Positions 8,106-17,195 of a stretch of 27,453 nt of DNA are shown piece after piece. Both the position numbers and the translations under genes were made by a program. The notes below the pieces were generated by a model. That model was not told the origin of the DNA and did no database searches. It saw only the letters and a program-made list of their open reading frames with translations. Origin of the DNA: Promethearchaeota archaeon (GTDB lineage: Archaea > Asgardarchaeota > Lokiarchaeia > Sigyniarchaeales > SOKP01); the NCBI GenBank assembly GCA_048940925.1, contig JBHLOC010000055.1:1-27453 (forward strand), written 5' to 3'. The first letter of the stretch is position 1. Every line of letters begins with the position of its first letter.

Positions 8106-9314
8106 ATGAAACCAATCAAAGAGAAATATCTAATAATTCTGACCTTAGCTTTAGCTTTATTGTCCTTAATAGAAACTCCTTTTATTCTTAATTTAGGAAA
8201 TCGCCAAAAATTTTCGAAATTTAATGACACTATTAAATTGGATAACGAAAATTTGAAATTATCAATAGTATCAGGAAGGATTCATATTGATAATAATTGG
8301 TCTGATGCGAAGAGTGCAGGGATCTGTACAGGAGGAGGTACTAAATCCGATCCTTATGTGATAGAAGATTTAATAATAGATGGGAAAGGTTCGGGAAGTT
8401 GCATCTTTATTAATAATTCTGATGTATACTTTAGGATCGAAAATTGTATGGTTTACAATTCGGGAACAGAATGGAATGGTGCAGGAATATCCTTGAATCA
8501 TGTTAATAATGGAATCTTAACAAATAATGATTGTTCAAATAACGAAATAGCCGGAATATTTCTACACAATAGCAATAATACCATCATCTCAGATAACGCA
8601 GCAAATGAAAATAAACACGGCATATATTTATGGTATAATTGTTCCGATAACATTATTTCAGGAAACACCGCAAATTATAATCAGGAAATGGGGATAATAG
8701 TATATTACAGTAATAATAACGATATTTCGAGTAACACTATAAACAATAACGTTCATGGGATATGGATGTGGCATTGTAATAAAACCAATATCTTGGGAAA
8801 CACTGCAATTAATAACGCAAATTATGGGATAGGTTTAAGCGAGGGTAAAAATCACAATGTCTCGGGAAACACTGCAAATGGTAATACAGATACAGGGATA
8901 TCTTTATTTCAGAGTAACAATATTTCTATCTCAGGGAATACAGCAAATGGTAATGATTTTACAGGGATATCTTTTTATCAGAGTAACAATATCACTGTTT
9001 CGGGAAACATTGCAAACAAAAATAGGGAAAATGGGATATATCTAACATATCATTCTAACAATAATACCATCTCGAGAAATACCTTTAACGATAATCATTT
9101 TGGTATCTATTTAGATGGCAAAAGTAATTACAATATAGTATCGGAAAATAAACTAATTGGAAATGATAAATGCATCAAAGAAGAAAATTGTGAGGGTAAT
9201 ATCTTCGAAAACAATGAATGTGTCAAAAGAATTATCCTTGGATATAATCTATGTGTCTTACTTGGCATCATATTCGTTGTAGTAATCTTTACAAGTAAAA
9301 AAATAAAGAAATAA
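8106..9314 (+). CDS. Cell-surface right-handed parallel beta-helix (NosD-like) protein with Loki-CTERM-like C-terminal anchor
   Basis: N-terminal signal/TM, GGGTKSDPYVIEDLIIDG cap motif, repeated GIxL..S.NN.ISGN.AN units, and C-terminal ILGYNLCVLLGIIFVVVIFTSKKIKK. Confidence 0.9.
   Translation: MKPIKEKYLIILTLALALLSLIETPFILNLGNRQKFSKFNDTIKLDNENLKLSIVSGRIHIDNNWSDAKSAGICTGGGTKSDPYVIEDLIIDGKGSGSCIFINNSDVYFRIENCMVYNSGTEWNGAGISLNHVNNGILTNNDCSNNEIAGIFLHNSNNTIISDNAANENKHGIYLWYNCSDNIISGNTANYNQEMGIIVYYSNNNDISSNTINNNVHGIWMWHCNKTNILGNTAINNANYGIGLSEGKNHNVSGNTANGNTDTGISLFQSNNISISGNTANGNDFTGISFYQSNNITVSGNIANKNRENGIYLTYHSNNNTISRNTFNDNHFGIYLDGKSNYNIVSENKLIGNDKCIKEENCEGNIFENNECVKRIILGYNLCVLLGIIFVVVIFTSKKIKK
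8856..9015 (+). repeat. Intragenic 69-nt (23-aa) imperfect tandem repeat of beta-helix rungs
   Basis: GCAAATGGTAAT...ACAGGGATATCTTT...TCAGAGTAACAATAT recurs at 8874 and 8943. Confidence 0.75.
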
Positions 9315-9494
9315 TAATATTATTTTTTCTGAAGTCGTGGTTTAATTATTCAGAGGGAAAAATAACTAAATATAATATCACAAGGACTTTAAATACCTCT
9401 TTATAATATAGAGGATATACAAGTTGATCACTTTTTCTAACCTGATTTCTTAAGAATAAGTTGACAATGGTGAAAATTAATCAATCTATACTAA

Positions 9495-9576
9495 TTGACG
9501 AGCAGCAAGAATAGCAGTGGCAACAGCAACATATATCCTCCTGTATAAAAGAAAATGAGTAAATGAAATCTTATAA
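9495..9576 (+). pseudogene. Orphan remnant of the C-terminal TM anchor of a paralogue of 15123..17195
   Basis: Translates AARIAVATATYILLYKRK*VNEIL* versus AALIVAVTATVVLLRKRK*VSEV* at 17139-17210, with clear nucleotide similarity including the sequence after the stop. Confidence 0.7.
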
Positions 9577-9938
9577 TTTATAATAATTTTTTATTAAATT
9601 TTTTAAGAAAAGACATAAGAAAAGACTTAACATAATATTATTGCTTTTTACATTGGTTTCAATTTCCTCTAATTTAGCATCAATTTTTTGATCATTTTTT
9701 TTGATTTTTACTCATTCTTTTACCGAATACATCCATTCATATTGATTTCTTTAGATATTTCTAATTCTTTTTAATTTGACCTAATTTTAAAAAAAAATAA
9801 ATATTAGGATTAAACCTTTTTATCAAAAATGAAACACTTAAATATAATTTTAAACTACTTCCATGTCCAAATAATTTTTTAATTTATAAATTAAAAAAAA
9901 TTAAAATGGATTCAAAATCATTAAAAATGTGAGAATAA

Positions 9939-11801
9939 ATGATCAATGGAGGATATAAAGGTAAAATATTGAGAGTTGACTTAAGTAATAAAAAACTCTG
10001 GGAGGAGACACTAGATGAAGATATGCTAAAAAAATATGTAGGACAAGTTGGAATTGGTGCTAGAATTATGTATGATGAAGTTCCTCCTGAAATCGATGCA
10101 TATCATCCAGATAATAGGCTTATATTTATGACAGGTCCATTTACGGGAACAAATGTTCAATCTCCTACGAATTTTCAAGTAATATCCCAAAACCCTATTA
10201 CGGGTTATAATATTGCAGTTGCTAATTCCCATGGCTTTTGGGGACCACGATTAAAATTCGCTGGATTTGATGGCATAGTAATACAAGGTGTATCTGATAA
10301 ACCTGTGTATTTATGGGTTCATGATGGGCAATATGAAATTCGAGATGCAAGTAAATACTGGGGCAAAACAGATACTTTTGAAACAGAAGACCAAATTAAA
10401 AAGGAGCTTGATCAAAAAAATGCATCTGTTGTTACTATTGGACCTGCTGGAGAGAATCTTGTTGCTGGAGCATGTGTAGAAAACGAACATGGACATATAG
10501 CTGCGAAAGGAAATCAAGGAATTATTATGGGATTGAAAAAGCTTAAAGCTATTGCTGTATATGGAAATGAAAAAGTTCAAATTGCTGATCCTGAGGAATT
10601 TGAAGAGTTAGCAAAAAAATGGAGGGAAGAAAGTTTTACGTCTGCTCTTGGAGGATTAGTAAACGCTTTCGGAACCGCAGGATATGTTGGCGCAGTTCAT
10701 GAAATAGGAGATTTACCTGTAAAGAACTTTCTTACAGGAGTATTTCCAGAATATGAAAAAATAACAGGGCAATATATCAGGGAAAAGTTTAAATCTACAC
10801 CGAAACCATGTTATGGGTGTAGCTTAAAACATGTTCACGAAATGGAGGTAACTGAGGGCCCATATAAAGGATTTGTAGCAGAAGAGCCTGAATACGAAGA
10901 TTTCTCAAATTTAGGGTCAAATATCGGAGTAGGCGACCCTGGTGCAGTTCTTTGGTTAACCGATTATGTTGATAGATTGGGATTGGATGGTAATTGGGCA
11001 GGAGCGATTGTCAGTTGGGCAATGGAAGCATATGAAAGGAAGATGCTTATTAAAGAGGATTTAGGAGGATTAGAGCTTAAATGGGGTGATGAGAAAGCTG
11101 CAGCAGAATTATTAAGAATGATTGCTCACAGAGAGGGTATAGGAGATACCCTCGCTTTAGGCTTAAAAGCTGGTCCGGAAAAGATTGGTGGCGAAGAGGC
11201 AGTTAGTTTTGCCGTTCATTTTAAGGGTGAAACTCAACATGCACATGATGCTAGAGCTTTATGGGGTATGTTTTTAGGGCTTTGCATATCTGGAGCAGGC
11301 CCTAGATGGGAATCAAGTGGTGTAGATTTGATGCCTGATCCTGAAATCGGTTATACTGAACCACAAGATAGATTTTTACCTGAAGGAAAAGCTGAAGCCG
11401 CTCGAAAAACCCAAATAAAGAAATTATTTCAAGATTGTCTTGGAGTTTGTTGGTTTGGATTCTGCACTATGGAAACTTCAGCTAAGGCTTATACAGCGCT
11501 AACAGGTTGGCCCCTGAATGTTGATGATGAATATTTAATTGGAGATAGGGTAGCAAATTTACAGAGAGCATTTAACATTAGGCATGGATTTAAGCCTGAA
11601 TTCGACTTGGATGTTTCACCGAGACTTTTGGAAGCTCCTCCTGATGGTGGTGCCAAAGGACATACAATTGCTCCACATCTTAGGAATTTAGTAAAAGAAT
11701 ATAATGAGTTAATGGATTGGGATTGGGAAACTGGAAAACCATCTAAGGAAAAGTTAGCTTCTCTCGAACTAAATGATATTTCGAAAGATTTATGGGAGTA
11801 A
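9939..11801 (+). CDS. aor: Tungsten-containing aldehyde:ferredoxin oxidoreductase family protein
   Basis: GGYKGKILRVDLS N-terminus; LKFAGFDGIVIQG; IGPAGENLV; MGLKKLKAIAV; EYED, DRLGLD and DCLGVC pterin/Fe-S motifs. Confidence 0.93.
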   Translation: MINGGYKGKILRVDLSNKKLWEETLDEDMLKKYVGQVGIGARIMYDEVPPEIDAYHPDNRLIFMTGPFTGTNVQSPTNFQVISQNPITGYNIAVANSHGFWGPRLKFAGFDGIVIQGVSDKPVYLWVHDGQYEIRDASKYWGKTDTFETEDQIKKELDQKNASVVTIGPAGENLVAGACVENEHGHIAAKGNQGIIMGLKKLKAIAVYGNEKVQIADPEEFEELAKKWREESFTSALGGLVNAFGTAGYVGAVHEIGDLPVKNFLTGVFPEYEKITGQYIREKFKSTPKPCYGCSLKHVHEMEVTEGPYKGFVAEEPEYEDFSNLGSNIGVGDPGAVLWLTDYVDRLGLDGNWAGAIVSWAMEAYERKMLIKEDLGGLELKWGDEKAAAELLRMIAHREGIGDTLALGLKAGPEKIGGEEAVSFAVHFKGETQHAHDARALWGMFLGLCISGAGPRWESSGVDLMPDPEIGYTEPQDRFLPEGKAEAARKTQIKKLFQDCLGVCWFGFCTMETSAKAYTALTGWPLNVDDEYLIGDRVANLQRAFNIRHGFKPEFDLDVSPRLLEAPPDGGAKGHTIAPHLRNLVKEYNELMDWDWETGKPSKEKLASLELNDISKDLWE

Positions 11802-11886
11802 TCTTATCAACAAACAATATTTAATATTTAATGAGTGAAAAATTACAAATTAACCTTTTTTTTATTTTATTATGAACTGATTTAAG

Positions 11887-11975
11887 ATGGAAAAAATAAA
11901 GGTAAAAATACTTCAGCCCACACTCAAATGGCTAAGGTAGAAGAATCCATATTTGATATAGAGATTTTAAAGTAA
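11887..11975 (+). pseudogene. Probable truncated, frameshifted MoaD/ThiS (ubiquitin-like) gene remnant
   Basis: MEKIKVKILQP joined by a frameshift to HTQMAKVEESIFDIEILK* resembles the beta1-alpha1-beta2 start of MoaD. Located directly after aor. No C-terminal GG remains. Confidence 0.35.
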
Positions 11976-12035
11976 AGAAAGTTAGAATGACTTTCACAAA
12001 AAACTTTTCCATATATATTAATCATAAACTCAGGT

Positions 12036-12136
12036 TCAATTCTCATATTCATCGTCGTAAATTGTTTTTTTCATTGTATTTAACTTTTCTTCTGTCCAAA
12101 CCTATATTCTACCAAGATTTTAGATCTTGGCTTCAT
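12036..12136 (-). pseudogene. Small frameshifted ORF/remnant carrying a VWTE motif
   Basis: MKPRSKILVEY then a 1-nt shift to VWTEEKLNTMKKTIYDDEYEN*. Similar to the C-terminal LEVWTERDLKKL of 227..1033. Confidence 0.3.
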
Positions 12137-12250
12137 AATTCTATTCAATTTTAAAAAAATTCTTATGATCAAAGAGTTTAACCACATTATTTTCTTATCT
12201 ATATTTTAGAATTCAAGCTTGGAGTGTTTGGGAAAATTGTTAGTATCCAT

Positions 12251-13153
12251 TTATTGCCTTATGAAATAATACATTTTTCCTTCATGTTTCTTAGATTGAA
12301 TTTTCCCATTGAATAAAAGCCTGTTTAATACACCTTCGATATTATTCTGTAAATATTCCAACATTTCAGAATTCTCGATATCTTTCTCTAACCTCTCTAG
12401 TATAAATTGAGATGTAAATGCTTTGTCCGCATTTGTCTTAAAATAATTAATCACAATTACATCAAGCTCCTCAATTATTTTTTTTGTCTCATTTCGTTTT
12501 TCCTCTGATCTATCGGGTTCTCTTTTATATTTCTCTAGATCTGCATCAAGATAATGTCTTACTGTGATCATATCCTCCCCTAATTCTTCTGCTATTTTTC
12601 GAAAACTCTTTCCTTGACGATATTGGATTTCTACCCATTTTTTTTTATCCTCTAAGGTGCTTCCATATAAAATTTTCATTTTCTTTGACTTTACCTCCCT
12701 CAATTGGTTCTCGTATAACAAGAGATACTTTTCATCTTGCTTTCTACTGGCGGGGGTCCTCCATTTCTTAGATTGGCTCTTTTCTCGTATTTTTGTTATG
12801 GAGTTTTCAGCAGATTTTTCAATTTCTTCTAACTTTTCCAATGCCTCTTTTCTTTTTATATTATCGCTTCCACAATTACTGCATACTTTTTCTTCTAATC
12901 TTATTGTTGCTCCACATTCAACACAATGGTGGATTGTCTTTTCGCTTAAGAGAGTATTTCTCTTCTCCACAATAACAAAAATAACTACCAATACACAGAA
13001 GATAATTATAGATATTATAGCGGGAATAATAAAAATAAGGCTCCTAGGAGCATCAAGTAATATCACTAAATCGCTCACTCCCCACATCATAATGAAAAAA
13101 CTAACTATACACAACACAATACCCTTCAATATAGATTTATATTCTGATCTCAT
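12251..13153 (-). CDS. Membrane-anchored protein: 2 TM + double Zn ribbon + HTH + C-terminal winged helix
   Basis: Two N-terminal TM helices; CVECG...CSNCG; GKSFRKIAEELGEDMITVRHYL (HTH); AFTSQFILERL...VLNRLLFNGKIQSKKHEGKMYYF (wHTH-like). Confidence 0.75.
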   Translation of the reverse strand: MRSEYKSILKGIVLCIVSFFIMMWGVSDLVILLDAPRSLIFIIPAIISIIIFCVLVVIFVIVEKRNTLLSEKTIHHCVECGATIRLEEKVCSNCGSDNIKRKEALEKLEEIEKSAENSITKIREKSQSKKWRTPASRKQDEKYLLLYENQLREVKSKKMKILYGSTLEDKKKWVEIQYRQGKSFRKIAEELGEDMITVRHYLDADLEKYKREPDRSEEKRNETKKIIEELDVIVINYFKTNADKAFTSQFILERLEKDIENSEMLEYLQNNIEGVLNRLLFNGKIQSKKHEGKMYYFIRQ

Positions 13154-13238
13154 TTAATATTCTTCCTCATTTTTCTTGATTTTATTAACGTGTTCTAAGA
13201 TAATATTTTAACAAGAAGATACTCTATCCCTCTTAACA

Positions 13239-13658
13239 TTAACCTCTCCATTGAGCCTCAATAATAGACAAGGCAACTTCTTTAGCAATCCTTCTTAAAT
13301 TTTCTGAAGAAATGTAACTTAACTCAACATCTTTAGTCGTAGAAAATATCACAATTAATTCGACAACCTTGACTTCGCTCAAATAGAGCGTTATGAGATA
13401 CCCATCTGAACCCTTTATATATAACGCTTCGAAATCACCTTTTTTCATCTCAATTACCGCTCTCTTAGCTAAGGAAAAAAATGCAGCTCCCATCGCGGCT
13501 ACCCATGTTTCATCTGCTCCGTTAGGTAAAACTGAAGCGATCGGTAATCCATCCACAGAAAAAATTGCTACGACCCTCACATTTGGATCTAATGGAGCTC
13601 TATAAAATTTCCTCTCTTTTCTTTTTGCACTATCAGCAGAATAAGGATCTATCATCAA
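13239..13658 (-). CDS. Roadblock/LC7 (MglB-like) domain protein
   Basis: VAIFSVDGLPIASVLP...DETWVAAMGAAFFSLAKRAVIEMKKGDFEALYIKGSDGYL is the characteristic Roadblock pattern. Confidence 0.9.
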   Translation of the reverse strand: MMIDPYSADSAKRKERKFYRAPLDPNVRVVAIFSVDGLPIASVLPNGADETWVAAMGAAFFSLAKRAVIEMKKGDFEALYIKGSDGYLITLYLSEVKVVELIVIFSTTKDVELSYISSENLRRIAKEVALSIIEAQWRG

Positions 13659-13716
13659 CTTTTCTCATCATAGAATAACATTTTGGATTGAAGTCCTATA
13701 CTTTATCTTCTTTTGC

Positions 13717-14079
13717 TCAATCTTTTAAAGTCTTAGCTTTTTCAGCTTGGTTTTGTAATGAATCTTCGAGATTTTTGATTTGTTCATCTTTTAATTTAAG
13801 AAGATTAATTTTAGTTGCCAATTGCATTTTTGTAAAATAGTCCATTTTAAATTGAATCTCATTGATTGAAAATGCCATAATCATTCCTATCTTCTTAAAA
13901 TAATCTAATACGAACGGTTTTAATGCGGGAATTCCGTCATTTTTAGAGATTTCTAACAGATCAGCACTAAAAATCTCAGGAAGATATTTTCTCTGAATCG
14001 TTATTTTATCGACTCCCTGTTCATTAAATAGTGCTTCGATTTTTTTAATTGCTTTTTCTATTGAGTCAACTAAATTCAT
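13717..14079 (-). CDS. Hypothetical protein with C-terminal coiled coil
   Basis: 120-aa ORF with a plausible upstream GTGAG motif, co-oriented with neighbours. No family recognised. Confidence 0.65.
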   Translation of the reverse strand: MNLVDSIEKAIKKIEALFNEQGVDKITIQRKYLPEIFSADLLEISKNDGIPALKPFVLDYFKKIGMIMAFSINEIQFKMDYFTKMQLATKINLLKLKDEQIKNLEDSLQNQAEKAKTLKD

Positions 14080-14368
14080 TTGTTATCTCACTAAAAATGA
14101 AGTATATCTTCTGAATTTAAACATTGATTTTTTATGTCTTATAAGGAACAAATAGGTACCTTACTTTATAAATAAAATCCTCAGATTATAAAGAATTAAT
14201 AAAAAGATGACTCTTACTAGCAAAGTCATAATCATAAACAAAAAAAATAGATCATATCTTCATGAAAATTCAAAATTAATATTTATATTATATTTTAAAA
14301 TCACTATATTTGAACAGTTTAATGGATTTTTACTTTATAAATTAATAAACTAAATCGGATTATATAAT

Positions 14369-14935
14369 TTGAGGAACATGGATTTTTGGACTGGAATAAA
14401 TGTTTGCTTTGATAAAGAATCAAACAGCAAATTGAAAGAATTACAGAGAATTTTGAATGCTACCCCAGATCTACACGGTCAATTCGATTTGCGAATTCCG
14501 CCTCATATAACATTATTTGAACATGAAGAATTAAGAAAACAAGTTTATTACGATGCTTTGGAATCTGCAATTTCTAAATTTAACTCCTTTTCACTAGAAT
14601 TTACTGGTTTAACTACATTTCCTGCAACGCATGTTTTCTATCTAAATCCTAAATACTCAAGCAATCTTCAATCTTTAAGAAAACTCTGTTTGGAGACATT
14701 AAAAAACCAAGGTGTAGTTTTGGATCGAAAATCAGATAGTATGTGGAGCCCCCATGTGACCCTTCTATTAGACCTCCCAACTCAAGAAATATCTAAAGCA
14801 GTGGAGTTTTCCCAAAATTATCTGGATTTACAGATCAAGAAGCCTTTCATAGCAAAGATAACCCTTATCGAATTATTTTCTTATCCTCCCTATAAAGCTG
14901 AAAAAAAGTTCTTTTTACATGATAAAGCTGAATAA
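14369..14935 (+). CDS. 2H phosphoesterase (2'-5' RNA ligase superfamily)
   Basis: Two HxT motifs, PPHITLF and SPHVTLL. Start may be ATG 14378. Confidence 0.88.
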   Translation: MRNMDFWTGINVCFDKESNSKLKELQRILNATPDLHGQFDLRIPPHITLFEHEELRKQVYYDALESAISKFNSFSLEFTGLTTFPATHVFYLNPKYSSNLQSLRKLCLETLKNQGVVLDRKSDSMWSPHVTLLLDLPTQEISKAVEFSQNYLDLQIKKPFIAKITLIELFSYPPYKAEKKFFLHDKAE

Positions 14936-15122
14936 TGGGAGAAAATGAAAGATTTATAATAGTGTATACATTTTAAGCTAAGAATAAGAATTCAGAATAT
15001 CAAGAACATTCTTACTCATTTTTAATTTTCAATCCCATTTTAAAAGAAAAAAAGGGGGGCATTAAAAAATATTAAATATTTTTCAATTTTATATTTAATC
15101 CACTAATTGTTGGTGTAATTTA

Positions 15123-17195
15123 ATGAGAATTAAGTGTAAAAAAGAAGTAATTATATTAACTTTAGGAATATTGATCGCGGTTGTGGGCATCACCAATTAT
15201 ATTATCTTCAATGATCAAAATGGAACTTTCGAGAATAAAGACGAGAATAAATTAAAAAGTTTAAAGAAATCTGCGGGTTATTTCGAATCATTCATACACA
15301 TTGATGGTAGTATTCTAGATAATTGGTCAAATACTGCACTAAATTACGATTGGTGTAGTGGTAATGGTTCATGGAGTAATCCTTATATTATTGAAAATGT
15401 TACTATTGATGCCATTAGTTCCCCTACAGGGCAAGGAATTTTTATAGATAATTCCAAAGTTGATTTTTTTATCATTAAAAACTGTAAGATCTTTAATGCT
15501 TTCGCAGACAATGGGATCTTATTGAGAAATACAGATAACGGAACCTTATTAAATAATACATGTTCTACCAATTCTGAAGGAATCCAGTTAAATAATAACT
15601 GTAATAACAATACTATCTCGGAAAACATCGTTAATACTCATACAGGAGACGGTATATATTTAGTTCAGAATAACGATAATAACACCATCTTTGGAAATAC
15701 AGTGTATATTAGTGGTGGTTCTGGGATATATTTAAATAATCTCTGTAATGGTAATAATATCTCGGGAAACACAGTACATAGTAATGGTGGTTCGGGGATA
15801 GATTTAGATAATGGTTGTACTGGTAATATTATCTCGGGAAACACGGCATATGATAATAGTGGGTCGGGGATAGATTTAGATAATGGCTGTGATAGTAATA
15901 ATATCTCAGGAAACACGGTATATAGTAATAGCGATTCCGGAATATATTTAACGGGATTATGTAATAATAACACTATTGCGGGAAACAACGCAAGTGACAA
16001 CCTTTATGGAATATATTTAGAAAATAATTGTAACGATAACACTGTCTCAGGAAACATCGCAAACGATAATGTAGATGCCGGGATATATTTAATATCTTGC
16101 GATAATAACATCATATGGGGAAATACAATAGGCACATATAATCAAAATTATGGGATATACATTGATGCTGGTTCTGATAATAATACCATTATCAAAAATG
16201 TTATGCATTATAACTACATATATGGGATGTTTATAACTAGTTCTTGTTATAGTAATCTCATTTACTTAAATGAATTTAAAAATCAATTCAACGCGAGGGA
16301 CGATGGAAATAATCAATGGGATAATGGAACGATAGGAAATTATTGGGATGATTATGAAGGTGTAGATGCTGATGATAATGGTATTGGAGATACTCCCTAT
16401 GATGTGCCCCCTGCAGGAGGGAGTGTGGATAATTTCCCAATCTGGGAAGATGGAATTGACTTAGGTTCTTTGTATGTGGAAGTTTTCGATCAAATCTTTA
16501 CGGAAGAAAGCTTTAACATTACTTTCTTCATTCATAATTCAACTAATTTTGGTATTGAATTCGCATCAGTTCAAGTATGGTGGAATGGAGTGAATGTATC
16601 TGCTGATGTTCAAAATTTTGGTAATGGATATTATTTTATCTCATTAGACCCAATAACTGTAGCTCAAGGGGAAGATCCCATCCTGCTAAAAATAATAATC
16701 TCTGCATCTGGATATGCGGATAAATACTTTGAAATATATATCCTAGTCCATCCAAGTGATTTAGTAAAGGACACATTAGAATTTGAAATGATTGACCAAT
16801 CGCTCTCAAAGGAACAATTTAATATAACGTTCTTTATTTACAATACGACTGGTGATGGAATTGTTTTTGCAACATTCAAAATCTGGTGGAATGGCATAGA
16901 TGTGTCTGCTGATGTTCAGAATCTTGGTAATGGATATTACTTTATCTCCTTAGACCCAATAACTGTAACTCAAGGGGAAGATCCCATCCTGCTAAAAATG
17001 ATAATTTCTGCATCTGGATATGAAGATAAACAGTTTGAAACCTATCTCGCCGTAGATCCTGATACCTTAGAAAAAGAAATAGGGAAAGGGGCTGAAGGAA
17101 TTCCTCTTGTGATAATCCTTATCGCAATCATATTGACAGCAGCGTTAATAGTAGCGGTGACAGCAACAGTAGTCCTGTTGCGTAAAAGGAAATGA
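15123..17195 (+). CDS. Cell-surface NosD-like parallel beta-helix protein with two duplicated C-terminal beta-sandwich-like domains and a TM anchor
   Basis: N-terminal TM; GNGSWSNPYIIENVTID cap; GIYL..C.NN.ISGN repeats; GNYWDDY.G.D.DDNGIGDTPY NosD C-terminal motif; C-terminal TM + RKRK. Confidence 0.9.
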   Translation: MRIKCKKEVIILTLGILIAVVGITNYIIFNDQNGTFENKDENKLKSLKKSAGYFESFIHIDGSILDNWSNTALNYDWCSGNGSWSNPYIIENVTIDAISSPTGQGIFIDNSKVDFFIIKNCKIFNAFADNGILLRNTDNGTLLNNTCSTNSEGIQLNNNCNNNTISENIVNTHTGDGIYLVQNNDNNTIFGNTVYISGGSGIYLNNLCNGNNISGNTVHSNGGSGIDLDNGCTGNIISGNTAYDNSGSGIDLDNGCDSNNISGNTVYSNSDSGIYLTGLCNNNTIAGNNASDNLYGIYLENNCNDNTVSGNIANDNVDAGIYLISCDNNIIWGNTIGTYNQNYGIYIDAGSDNNTIIKNVMHYNYIYGMFITSSCYSNLIYLNEFKNQFNARDDGNNQWDNGTIGNYWDDYEGVDADDNGIGDTPYDVPPAGGSVDNFPIWEDGIDLGSLYVEVFDQIFTEESFNITFFIHNSTNFGIEFASVQVWWNGVNVSADVQNFGNGYYFISLDPITVAQGEDPILLKIIISASGYADKYFEIYILVHPSDLVKDTLEFEMIDQSLSKEQFNITFFIYNTTGDGIVFATFKIWWNGIDVSADVQNLGNGYYFISLDPITVTQGEDPILLKMIISASGYEDKQFETYLAVDPDTLEKEIGKGAEGIPLVIILIAIILTAALIVAVTATVVLLRKRK
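15680..15990 (+). repeat. Intragenic 72-nt (24-aa) imperfect tandem repeat
   Basis: CTC(G/A)GGAAACAC recurs at 15761, 15833 and 15905; unit NNISGNTVHSNGGSGIDLDNGCTG. Confidence 0.8.
16470..17066 (+). repeat. Tandem duplication of a ~102-aa domain (306-nt offset)
   Basis: TGGTGGAATGG...TCTGCTGATGTTC...GGGGAAGATCCCATCCTGCTAAAAAT at 16578 and 16884; near-identical WWNG.DVSADVQN.GNGYYFISLDPITV.QGEDPILLK.IISASGY. Confidence 0.9.

Noticed and set aside
8106-9314. Nitrous oxide reductase accessory function (nosD) for the beta-helix proteins
   Set aside because: No nosZ/nosFY context. The fold is shared, but these look like generic membrane-anchored surface proteins.
9875-9898. Perfect 24-bp palindrome TTTTTTAATTTATAAATTAAAAAA upstream of aor as an operator
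   Set aside because: Entirely A/T in a very AT-rich region and not repeated in the window; cannot be distinguished from chance.
15680-15990. CRISPR-like periodic repeats
   Set aside because: The period is a multiple of three, lies inside a coding frame and has no unique spacers; these are beta-helix coding repeats.
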